Shown here one piece after another: positions 9,919 through 18,121 of a stretch of DNA of 64,000 nt (positions within the stretch are counted from its first letter, which is position 1; each line of letters begins with the position of its first letter). The notes beneath the pieces were generated by a model. The model ran no database searches. It saw only the letters and a list, made by a program, of their open reading frames with translations, and had not been told where the DNA came from. The stretch is from a virus, in IMG/VR virus record IMGVR_UViG_3300034190_001539, positions 37,286-101,285 of that record; one strand, 5' to 3'. The translations under genes were made by a program, and so were the position numbers.

Positions 9919-10977
9919 TTATATAAGGTTAGCTAACTTCTTAAACCTGTCTCTCAAATCTGAACTTTCAGTTATTACTTTCTTTTCAGATTTGGTAGAC
10001 GCTATTGGTTTAGATGCGCTTCCCTTATGTTCATTTATTTCATTTTTTCTAGCACCAAAAGATTCACCAAGTGTAGAATACACTAACTTGACTTCTCTAA
10101 GGTTACTAGCTCTATCGAATTGCTCAACGACTTTCATCTTCTGTTCATTGTTCAAACCATGCTTTCTGAATAGTTTGTTTGTGAATAAAAGTTTAGCATT
10201 TAGCAAGTTGACTTCATTTAGCTTTCCACGAAGTGTTTCGATTACGGAACGATGTTCTTCAAGATCAGATTTTAGTTCGGAAACTTCGTCTTTCTTTTCA
10301 TCTTCATCTTCTTCCTCAGAAAGTGCTTTAAGTACTTCGTCAAGATCGATGTCCTCATCCATCTCATCTTCGTCTTTATCTTCACCTTCTTTTAACTTCG
10401 CTTTTCCGTCACTTCCGACTCCAGATGAATCATTGGCTTTTTTATTGACTTTATTGTCACCATTACCAATATCAGAGGAAACGTCATTTTCATCCATTTC
10501 TTCTTTTTCATCTTTATCTTCACCTTCTTCAAGCTCAGACTCTAACTCTTTAATTACAGATTCTAAATCAAGATCTTCTTCCATATCTTCATCATCATCT
10601 TTAGCGATTTCATCCATTTCATCTTCATCTTCTTCTTCAGATACTACAGGTGCATATTTAACACCATCGATTTCGATTATTTTGGTTTCATCCACATCAG
10701 ACGGATCTTCATCAGCATCATCAGAAGGATCTTCGTCATCTTCTTTGTATGATATTTCATCAACATCATCATCAGAAGGATCTTCGTCATCTTCTTTGTA
10801 TGAGATTTCATCTACATCTTTCTCATCTTCATCTTCCATTTCTGTTTGAATCTTCTGAGATAGCATGTTCTGCAATCTTGGAGTGAAAGCCTCTTCTAAA
10901 GCCATCTTTGCGTTTTCTAAAGCAGTCTCACGAACAGCTTTTGCGTCAGCAATTGCTTCTTTTAAGAGATCATCCAT
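9919..10977 (-). CDS. Prohead core scaffolding protein (gp22-like)
   Basis: Very acidic coiled-coil protein immediately upstream of MCP; many xxE sites; NLLNAKLLFTNKLF C-terminal block. Confidence 0.8.
   Translation of the reverse strand: MDDLLKEAIADAKAVRETALENAKMALEEAFTPRLQNMLSQKIQTEMEDEDEKDVDEISYKEDDEDPSDDDVDEISYKEDDEDPSDDADEDPSDVDETKIIEIDGVKYAPVVSEEEDEDEMDEIAKDDDEDMEEDLDLESVIKELESELEEGEDKDEKEEMDENDVSSDIGNGDNKVNKKANDSSGVGSDGKAKLKEGEDKDEDEMDEDIDLDEVLKALSEEEDEDEKKDEVSELKSDLEEHRSVIETLRGKLNEVNLLNAKLLFTNKLFRKHGLNNEQKMKVVEQFDRASNLREVKLVYSTLGESFGARKNEINEHKGSASKPIASTKSEKKVITESSDLRDRFKKLANLI
10717..10818. repeat. 51-bp tandem duplication in scaffold gene (DVDEISYKEDDEDPSDD x2)
   Basis: Two near-identical 51-nt copies starting at 10717 and 10768. 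Confidence 0.85.
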
Positions 10978-10983
10978 TATTAT

Positions 10984-11069
10984 TCTCCTATTTAGGATTT
11001 AGTATAGTTATTGGGAACTATAATAGAATTATTATATTTCGGTTACACCGTATACGATAGGAACGGTGT
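10984..11069 (-). promoter_or_regulatory. Structured 5' leader of scaffold/capsid operon (three hairpins, last one covering the SD)
   Basis: Inverted repeats ACACCGT/ACGGTGT (11045-11069), TATAGTT/AACTATA (11003-11022), and TCCTA/TAGGA (10986-10997) overlapping SD AGGAGA. Confidence 0.5.
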
Positions 11070-11086
11070 GTTTAGTTTTGATATAT

Positions 11087-11094
11087 ATAAATAT
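11087..11094 (-). promoter_or_regulatory. Putative late promoter ATATTTAT
   Basis: Octamer just after the bS21 stop, upstream of the scaffold-MCP operon. Confidence 0.6.
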
Positions 11095-11100
11095 AAAAAG

Positions 11101-11328
11101 TTAAAATTTTCTTCCTCTTTTTCGTGAATCTTCTTCCATTAGTTTTATTTTTTTCCAATAATTACGAGCTTTAGCTTTACTTTTAGCTTCTTTTTTAACA
11201 TCGGATGGTTTTTTATAAAACTCACGTTCTCTTAAATCATACATTAAATTAGAATCTTTTACTTTTCTTTTAAAAATACTGAGAGCTTTCTCAACATTAT
11301 TATTTTTAACAACAACCTTTATTGCCAT
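11101..11328 (-). CDS. rpsU: Phage-encoded 30S ribosomal protein bS21
   Basis: VVVKNNNVEKALSIFKRKV...LREREFYKKPSDVKK matches the bS21 pattern (E. coli RRREFYEKPT); 75 aa, basic. Confidence 0.9.
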   Translation of the reverse strand: MAIKVVVKNNNVEKALSIFKRKVKDSNLMYDLREREFYKKPSDVKKEAKSKAKARNYWKKIKLMEEDSRKRGRKF

Positions 11329-11337
11329 ATTTACCTC

Positions 11338-11961
11338 TTAGTCTGTTTCTTTTTTTGCCTTATAATTTCTATCAACATAGTTAAAGAAATCATCCTTATC
11401 TTCTGGCTTTAAATCTTTTGGAGACTTAATTCCAAATTTTTTCATAGCTTTATTAAAAAATTCTTTGTATCCGTCATCCTCTCTAAACATCATATCCTTA
11501 CCTTCATTAGATTCGCTATCCTCATCATCATGACCTGGCACATGCTTTTCACCAATCTCATAGTATCTACCTAAGATATTCCCCATATCTTCGTATAAAC
11601 CACTCATTCTTTCCTGTAGAGAATTAGCTTCTTGTGAAACCTTACCAAATTGCTTTGATAAGCCTGTAAGTTCTTTCATATTACGGCTGACTGTAACCTT
11701 ATCAAACATATCTTCTGTTTCAGATAGAGTATGTTGAGCAGCACCTTCAGCAATCGATGAAAGACTTTCAGCTACTTCTTTTAAGCTACCTTTACCATAG
11801 ATGGATTCACCTATAGAGTTAAAGTTACGAATAGATTCTACTAATTCATTTACATTGATAGATGGTTTATCGTTTTCTTTCTTAGCCCACGGACTTTCTG
11901 AAATCATACCACCAGCTATTCTTATCTCTTTTAGTAAATCTTTTAATTTAACATTTGCCAT
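11338..11961 (-). CDS. Putative internal head/prohead core protein
   Basis: N-terminus VKLKDLLKE; lies in head module; several xxE linkers. Confidence 0.55.
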   Translation of the reverse strand: MANVKLKDLLKEIRIAGGMISESPWAKKENDKPSINVNELVESIRNFNSIGESIYGKGSLKEVAESLSSIAEGAAQHTLSETEDMFDKVTVSRNMKELTGLSKQFGKVSQEANSLQERMSGLYEDMGNILGRYYEIGEKHVPGHDDEDSESNEGKDMMFREDDGYKEFFNKAMKKFGIKSPKDLKPEDKDDFFNYVDRNYKAKKETD

Positions 11962-11979
11962 AATATTGTCTCCTTAGAT

Positions 11980-11987
11980 ATAAATAT
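11980..11987 (-). promoter_or_regulatory. Putative late promoter ATATTTAT
   Basis: Octamer within palindrome TAGATAT-AA-ATATCTA, upstream of SD AAGGAG of the 11961 gene. Confidence 0.6.
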
Positions 11988-11995
11988 CTACTTTC

Positions 11996-12253
11996 TTAAT
12001 TTTCTTTATTTTGAAATTTATCTTCTAAACCATCTTTACCATCAAAGTAATTGTACACACTCTGTAAGTAGTCCATAGACTTAGTTAGTTTGGATTGAAC
12101 CCAAGCCGGCATTTCAACTTCACCACCATTACCGACATTATCAACTATCTTATAAATCATTTTTGCATACTTCATAGAACGTTCTAATTGAGCTTTAGCC
12201 ATTTTACCTTCGTGGTCATCAGCTTCGTTTAATATATCCTTTAATTTTATCAT
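11996..12253 (-). CDS. Small putative internal head protein
   Basis: MIKLKDILNE|ADDHEGKMAKAQL...PAWVQSKLTKSMDYLQSVYNY; head module. Confidence 0.6.
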   Translation of the reverse strand: MIKLKDILNEADDHEGKMAKAQLERSMKYAKMIYKIVDNVGNGGEVEMPAWVQSKLTKSMDYLQSVYNYFDGKDGLEDKFQNKEN

Positions 12254-13401
12254 TTTACAAACTTCATAGCCATTTTAGCCATCTTTGGTATTGATAGATT
12301 TGCGAACTTTTTCTTATTAGATGTATTGATTTTATCATATACTTGAGTTATAGCAGATGCAGAATAACTATCAACTTTCATCTTTTTACCTGATACAGGA
12401 TCTTTAATGTTAGTAATACCATTCTTTAAAACATCTCTAATTTTAGCAATTATATCAGGATCTTTAGCTTCATTTACAGATTCAGATATTTGAGGATTCC
12501 TTTGTGTTCCACTATTCCAACTACTAATTAGTGAAATAAACGGAGTCATATGTTTTTTGTACATTTTTAAAATAATCTTTTCGTCTGTTTTATCACCTCT
12601 TATTTTAGTAGACATTTTAGCTAAAACAATAACTTCTTGTTCAAATTTTCTAACTGATTTCATAAAATCATCAGTTAATTTTTGAGCATATTGTTTTTGA
12701 CCTTCATTTACATCACCCTTACCAGTAAGTTTATATCCTAAAACTTCGGCATTCTCTTTTCTGGCTTTTTCAAATTTTTTCTTTTCAGAACCTTTTAAAT
12801 CTCCACCAAATCCTTCATCTTTCTTTTTCTTTTTAAATTTAGCCATAAATCTTTGAAATAAACTTTTTGCTTTTTTATGGTCTTTATGATTTCTATTACC
12901 TAAAGCAGTTTTAACTTTAACATTTTTTGCAATCTGTCTGTCCAACATAGCTTTGTAAGCTGCTGGATTAGTGACGGACATAGGTGGAACTAATTCTGTT
13001 ATTTGAGATTCTTTCTTCAAACGACTCTTTTCAGCCCTTCCTCTATTCTTAGACTCTGATTCAAATCCCACAATCTTTCCCCCTTTGTGTGAGGCGTCTT
13101 TGCCATCACCATTACCATAAGTACCTTTCTTACGATTGTACTTATTTAATTCTGCTCTATACTTTTTAGACTTTGTAGAAGATTGAAATTTCTTATACTC
13201 ATCCTTATAGTCTCTTTCTTCCTTTACCTTTTTAGGTAAGTCGTCATGCTTTGTTTTAGCATACTTTCTTACACTACCCTTTTCCATAGACTTAGCAGCC
13301 TTTTGAGCTGCTTTTGAAAATTTACCAGCGGGCGCTTCACCCTTCTGTATCGACCTTACTATACCCATAAACTTTTGTTGTTGTTTGGATTTAGATGGCA
13401 T
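12250..13401 (-). CDS. Basic multi-module protein (MPSKSKQQQKFMG module, degenerate HNH-like module, others); putative internal head protein
   Basis: Lys-rich modules separated by VKEE, ITE, VNE, ISE; GDGKDASH...SKNR HNH-like segment. Confidence 0.55.
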   Translation of the reverse strand: MPSKSKQQQKFMGIVRSIQKGEAPAGKFSKAAQKAAKSMEKGSVRKYAKTKHDDLPKKVKEERDYKDEYKKFQSSTKSKKYRAELNKYNRKKGTYGNGDGKDASHKGGKIVGFESESKNRGRAEKSRLKKESQITELVPPMSVTNPAAYKAMLDRQIAKNVKVKTALGNRNHKDHKKAKSLFQRFMAKFKKKKKDEGFGGDLKGSEKKKFEKARKENAEVLGYKLTGKGDVNEGQKQYAQKLTDDFMKSVRKFEQEVIVLAKMSTKIRGDKTDEKIILKMYKKHMTPFISLISSWNSGTQRNPQISESVNEAKDPDIIAKIRDVLKNGITNIKDPVSGKKMKVDSYSASAITQVYDKINTSNKKKFANLSIPKMAKMAMKFVK

Positions 13402-14004
13402 TTAGCCTCTCATTATATCGTTAATGACTGCTTCTACCTTACCATACTTTGTATTACGAACAGCAACGTTCTTATCAACACTCTCATTCATTGGATACAT
13501 AAAAGCACCATGTGTAGATGGATTAGATACGAAGTCAAATGCAATCAGTTCAAAGTCATCCTGCACTTCTTGAGCCCCACTCTCATTCACAGATTCAACC
13601 GAACCCATACCACGAGAACTAATACCCAATCTAATACCACTTTTAAATAATTCTTTTAGAATATTACCGCTCGGTGTTGGTAAAACCTCTACAGTTCCAA
13701 CTAAATCATCACCATTCCAATTCATTTCTGTAATATTATGTGATACGTTAGCTAAATTCACAACAGAAGATTCGGGATGGTCTAACTCACCCATAGCCCT
13801 TTTCTGTCCAATAAAATTTTCAAAATACTTTTTAGCTTCACGCATTAGTATTTCTTTTGGATACACCCTACCATTTTGGTTTTTAGTGTCTGCTCTTTGC
13901 AATACACCCTTAACAACTAACTTTCCGTTGTTCTCTTTCATAGCCTCGTTGATTTGGTCGGCTTGTATTTCAAATGGTAAATAATCTACTATTAATTGTT
14001 TCAT
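13402..14004 (-). CDS. gp21: Prohead core protease (T4 gp21 family)
   Basis: NQNGRVYPKEIL, GELDHP, VSHNIT, LGISSRGMGSV, FDFVSNPS. Confidence 0.95.
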   Translation of the reverse strand: MKQLIVDYLPFEIQADQINEAMKENNGKLVVKGVLQRADTKNQNGRVYPKEILMREAKKYFENFIGQKRAMGELDHPESSVVNLANVSHNITEMNWNGDDLVGTVEVLPTPSGNILKELFKSGIRLGISSRGMGSVESVNESGAQEVQDDFELIAFDFVSNPSTHGAFMYPMNESVDKNVAVRNTKYGKVEAVINDIMRG

Positions 14005-14783
14005 TTTCTACTCCTAAATATTCTATCGTAATTTTCTTTTAATATACGAGGATTCTTTTTTGATTCCTTTATTGCTTTATATTTTTTTCCATCGATTACT
14101 TTGATTTTTTCGTCTTTAACTTTTATAATGGAGTTAGCATAATCTCCTAAATCTGCTAATGTTCCATCACCTTCACCATCCATAGCCTTTCTAATTTTTT
14201 CATCATCTACCATTTTTTCAAGAGCTGCGTCTGCTTCTTCTTTACTACCAAAATACATTGGAGAAGATCCCATTCCCAATTCTATAGCATATTGAGGCTC
14301 GCCAGTCATATTTCCATCATCATCAAAATTTGGAGCAGCGTGAAATCCTAATACATTATCGGGATCATCATCTTTACCAACCAAGCTATGAATCTCTCCA
14401 CCATAGTTTGCATCTTCTGAGCCAACTGTTAGTCCTTTATCCTTTGCAATATTCTGTAATTCTTTTTCAATTTGTTCGTTTTCTTTTTCTGGTGCATTTT
14501 TTTCGTCATCACCATCATCAGAATCCATATCTGGCTCATCTCCACCATCTCTATCGAAATCACCACCACCTAGCTTATCGCCAGAATCCTTTTCACTATC
14601 ATCGCCACCATCATCTGACATTTTATTGTAAGCGACTTTTGCTGGGTGGTCATCTGGTTGCTTTTTAGCAGCACCAGCAGTCATTTCTTGAGACTCACCC
14701 TCTTTGTCTTTATACTTGATGATTTTATCATCATCGACATCAGCCTCATTCATATTTGTTGCAATTTCTAATAGTGAAATCAT
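14001..14783 (-). CDS. Acidic hypothetical protein, putative internal head protein
   Basis: 260 aa, D/E-rich, N-terminus MISLLEIATNMNE|A; between portal and protease. Confidence 0.55.
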   Translation of the reverse strand: MISLLEIATNMNEADVDDDKIIKYKDKEGESQEMTAGAAKKQPDDHPAKVAYNKMSDDGGDDSEKDSGDKLGGGDFDRDGGDEPDMDSDDGDDEKNAPEKENEQIEKELQNIAKDKGLTVGSEDANYGGEIHSLVGKDDDPDNVLGFHAAPNFDDDGNMTGEPQYAIELGMGSSPMYFGSKEEADAALEKMVDDEKIRKAMDGEGDGTLADLGDYANSIIKVKDEKIKVIDGKKYKAIKESKKNPRILKENYDRIFRSRK

Positions 14784-14968
14784 TAGTCTTTCTCCATCAT
14801 AATTTCGTGTTTAAGACTTTCCAGTTGTTCTATCCACTGTCCAAGTCTCCTTATCATATAATTCTTATCTACATCTTTTTTCTGTATTTCAATTTGCCAT
14901 CGTTTTAACAATGTTGAAATACTAAAAAGAGTATCCATATAGGATTTCTTCTTATCTTCAAACGGCAT
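14783..14968 (-). CDS. Hypothetical protein
   Basis: 61-aa ORF with SD GGAG; its stop overlaps the next start. Confidence 0.6.
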   Translation of the reverse strand: MPFEDKKKSYMDTLFSISTLLKRWQIEIQKKDVDKNYMIRRLGQWIEQLESLKHEIMMEKD

Positions 14969-14979
14969 AGTGACTCCGG

Positions 14980-15408
14980 TTACTGTAACTGACCTACTTT
15001 GCTTGCTAGTTTTACTAACCTCTCACTTATTTTATTTAAAGCCTTATGTGTATTTTTCCAATATGACCTAGAATCGACATTCAATTCATTTTTAAGACGA
15101 ACATTCATCTTTACCAATTTATCCAATTCATTGAGACTATCTCTAATCTCTCTCATAGAACGACCTATCTTTTGTTTTGGATTCATTGACTCATCATTTC
15201 TATAGTTGTGATACTTACCTTCAGTTACTTTGCTGTATCCAGTAGAGTTGGTAGCTATCTTCTTCTTTTTCTTCTTATCTTTCTTTCTACCACCACCAAA
15301 TGCATAAGGCGTTTGATAGCCAGCAATATCACCAGTTACAGAAGCTTCATCGAGCTCATTTTTGATTAACTCTCTGATTATTTCTTTGAGTTTATCCATT
15401 TTAGACAT
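14980..15408 (-). CDS. Hypothetical head-module protein
   Basis: KLKEIIRELIKNELDE|ASVTGDIAGYQTPYAF; coiled-coil C-terminus. Confidence 0.6.
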   Translation of the reverse strand: MSKMDKLKEIIRELIKNELDEASVTGDIAGYQTPYAFGGGRKKDKKKKKKIATNSTGYSKVTEGKYHNYRNDESMNPKQKIGRSMREIRDSLNELDKLVKMNVRLKNELNVDSRSYWKNTHKALNKISERLVKLASKVGQLQ

Positions 15409-16255
15409 TCTTTAGCTCCTTAACTAATTCATAATATCTCATTAATGTAACCACTTGCTTATCCTCAACTATTCTTCCCTTCATAAGAGTTTCTGCTTGA
15501 TTTATAGCCTCTTTTAGCTTAATCTTTGTAACTTTGTCTGAAACTTTAGGTAAATGCGATTGGAGTTGCTTTTTTACCTTAACTGTTTCACTTTCAATAA
15601 ACTCTTTAAGAGAATTGGTGTTAGAAATGTTATTTATGTACTCTTTTAACAAATTTCTTTGATTTGCGCTAAGAGAACTATATTTTTTGTTAAATTTTTC
15701 AACTAAAATTCCATAAGCAAGCAATCTCAAATCTTTTTCTTGCTTTTTGTAACCCTCTACCATAACATTCTCTTTCTTTTTGGTTGAAAGGTTCTTTCGT
15801 GTTATGTTTTCTACAATAGTAAAGCGACTTTCTGTTTCTGTCTGAGGATTCATAGCTTCTTTTGTTGAAAATAGCTTAAAGATTGAAGCATTTACTTTAT
15901 AGTTTGGTATTCTAGCCATAAAAAAGTTATTTATATCATAATGAGAACGAACCTCTTTAATTAGATTATATTTTTCTCTTTTTAGAGAAGCTTCGTTTAA
16001 TTTGATACGAGCAGTTAATACTGCATCTACTAAATGATTGGCTTTTGTTTCTGATTTGTAATTCTCAACAGTTAATACTCTATATAATTCGTACTCTTTA
16101 CCCAATTGAGTGTTCTTATTAAAAAACTCTTTTAATATTTTAGCCGCATAACCTTTCTTATCATTATTTAACACATCGACTGTAATCTGTCTAGTTAATA
16201 ACTCAAATAATATTCCGGTGTTACGGATTTTTGAGTGTTTTGTTTTTGAACTCAT
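15401..16255 (-). CDS. Hypothetical head-module protein downstream of portal
   Basis: KHSKIRNTGILFELL... helical protein; ATG at 16255 with SD GGAG preferred over TTG at 16267. Confidence 0.7.
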   Translation of the reverse strand: MSSKTKHSKIRNTGILFELLTRQITVDVLNNDKKGYAAKILKEFFNKNTQLGKEYELYRVLTVENYKSETKANHLVDAVLTARIKLNEASLKREKYNLIKEVRSHYDINNFFMARIPNYKVNASIFKLFSTKEAMNPQTETESRFTIVENITRKNLSTKKKENVMVEGYKKQEKDLRLLAYGILVEKFNKKYSSLSANQRNLLKEYINNISNTNSLKEFIESETVKVKKQLQSHLPKVSDKVTKIKLKEAINQAETLMKGRIVEDKQVVTLMRYYELVKELKNV

Positions 16256-16289
16256 ATTATACTCCAATCGTTTATATAATTCTTCATAT

Positions 16290-16297
16290 ATAAATAT
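16290..16297 (-). promoter_or_regulatory. Putative late promoter ATATTTAT
   Basis: Octamer in the gap between portal and the next gene. Confidence 0.6.
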
Positions 16298-16305
16298 ATG
16301 ATTAC

Positions 16306-18111
16306 TTAATTTTTCTTAGTATTAAGGGAAGATACTTCATCTTTATATTCAGTTTCTAAGTCACTAGCCTCTGAAAGCAAAGTTTTTGCATCTTTACCCA
16401 AATGTTTGAATAGATTTTCATAGTGTTTTGTAGCAACTCCACCATAAGCCTTCTTCTTATCATGAGCCCCTAACGGATCTCTACCCCTCGCACCACTATC
16501 CTTACTATATTTATTAGCTTCTTTAGGTCTCCCAGCGCCTGGTTGTCCACCTTCTTCTGAACCACCATTATTATCCAACTCATGACCTGTTCTACCAGCC
16601 GCCATATCCGATGGAGTACCAGCAGATTCTCCGCTCTTAGCAGGATCGTTTCCTTCCATTTCAATTTGTGAGCGTCTAAATTTATTCTTATAGTCAAATA
16701 CTATTTGTTCATCATTTTCTTTAATCTGTTCTTCTGTAAAATTAAAGATGTTTTTGTAAATCCATTCGGAAGATACTAAACCATCTTGTAGCATAGAAGA
16801 TGCTAAAGATGTTTTGTTATTCCATAGCTCTACTTTTTCCTGTTCATATATTGTAGATGGATTTGTTAAACCTAAATCAAAGTTTACAAGCTCTTGGTCT
16901 CTAAATCCTTGAGCATATAGATGAACTACTGCAATCTTTGTTAATTCACTAACAATGATTCTTTGTATTCTTTCAATTGTTCTAGCAAAGCGAACATCTT
17001 CAGCAGCCAATGTAGCTTTAGAACCTAATCCTTCTTCATATCCTAAGAAAGCCTTTGGAACTCTTAAAGATGCTAACATTTTGTTTTTTAAATATTCAAT
17101 ATCCTCTGTTGCTTCATAGGTTAAACCTGGAAGTGCATCAATACTTGTTCCACTATCTCCACCTCTTACAGGTAAAAAGAAATCTTCTGTAAGGTTTTGG
17201 ATATTATAACGAAGATTATAGTCACCTGTTTTCTCATCAATAACAGGAGCTTTTTTCATTTTATTAACTACTTGTTGCATATAATTATCAACTTCTGCTG
17301 GTGGAATGTTTCCAATATCCAACTTAAATACTCTCTTTTCAGGAGCTCTCATAATCCTATGAATCAACATAGCATCTTCCATAAGAGTTAATTGTTTCCA
17401 CACCTTTCTACCACCCTCTAATTGTGACCTACCATAAGGTACATAGTTAGAATCTGATAGAAGTCTAAAGTGAGCTACCTCATAGTTCTCAAATGTTTTT
17501 GTATCCTGCTTTTTAGAACTATGTCTACTACTATCTCCTTGTGGTGTTAGCATAAACTGAACTAAAGATGGATTATCAGGATCGTGTCCTTCCATTCTAG
17601 CAACATCGTAAGCAGACATAGGTGTTACATTCGTAATACCATACTTTTCAGCTACCTCTAATTGTAAAAAGAAATCACCATACTTATTCATATTACGAAT
17701 CCAAGGCCATAGATTAAATTCTATGTTTATAATATCATAAAATAGATTGTGTAGTATATCATATATTTGATCATTATCTGTTTTAATATCCAATACTTTA
17801 CCATACTCATTTTTCATTGTTGATTCATCTGAGTAAATATCTAAAGCTGAAGCAATAATAGGATCAGAATCCATTGACTCATAATCTCTAAATAATCCTA
17901 ATCGTAATTGTTGTGCATACAATTGGTCGTTATATCCAATCTGTTGCATATTAGAATACAACTTAGTATATCTATCTACTAAATTTGTTTGAACATTTGA
18001 TTGTAATTGTCCTGTATCAACTATTTTTAATTTTCTTCCACCTATATTTCTAACGATAGTGTTTGTTGAAAACAATCGTTTTAGTCTTGAAAATAAATCT
18101 TGTTCTGCCAT
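16306..18111 (-). CDS. gp20: Portal protein (T4 gp20 family)
   Basis: LMEDAMLIHRIMRAPEKRVFKLDIGNIP, EDFFLPVRGG, SLRVPKAFL, EDVRFARTIERIQ. Confidence 0.96.
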   Translation of the reverse strand: MAEQDLFSRLKRLFSTNTIVRNIGGRKLKIVDTGQLQSNVQTNLVDRYTKLYSNMQQIGYNDQLYAQQLRLGLFRDYESMDSDPIIASALDIYSDESTMKNEYGKVLDIKTDNDQIYDILHNLFYDIINIEFNLWPWIRNMNKYGDFFLQLEVAEKYGITNVTPMSAYDVARMEGHDPDNPSLVQFMLTPQGDSSRHSSKKQDTKTFENYEVAHFRLLSDSNYVPYGRSQLEGGRKVWKQLTLMEDAMLIHRIMRAPEKRVFKLDIGNIPPAEVDNYMQQVVNKMKKAPVIDEKTGDYNLRYNIQNLTEDFFLPVRGGDSGTSIDALPGLTYEATEDIEYLKNKMLASLRVPKAFLGYEEGLGSKATLAAEDVRFARTIERIQRIIVSELTKIAVVHLYAQGFRDQELVNFDLGLTNPSTIYEQEKVELWNNKTSLASSMLQDGLVSSEWIYKNIFNFTEEQIKENDEQIVFDYKNKFRRSQIEMEGNDPAKSGESAGTPSDMAAGRTGHELDNNGGSEEGGQPGAGRPKEANKYSKDSGARGRDPLGAHDKKKAYGGVATKHYENLFKHLGKDAKTLLSEASDLETEYKDEVSSLNTKKN

Positions 18112-18121
18112 AATTTGCCTC

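Noticed and set aside
9908-10849. 313-aa Ser-rich plus-strand ORF
   Set aside because: Antisense shadow of the Asp/Glu-rich scaffold gene.
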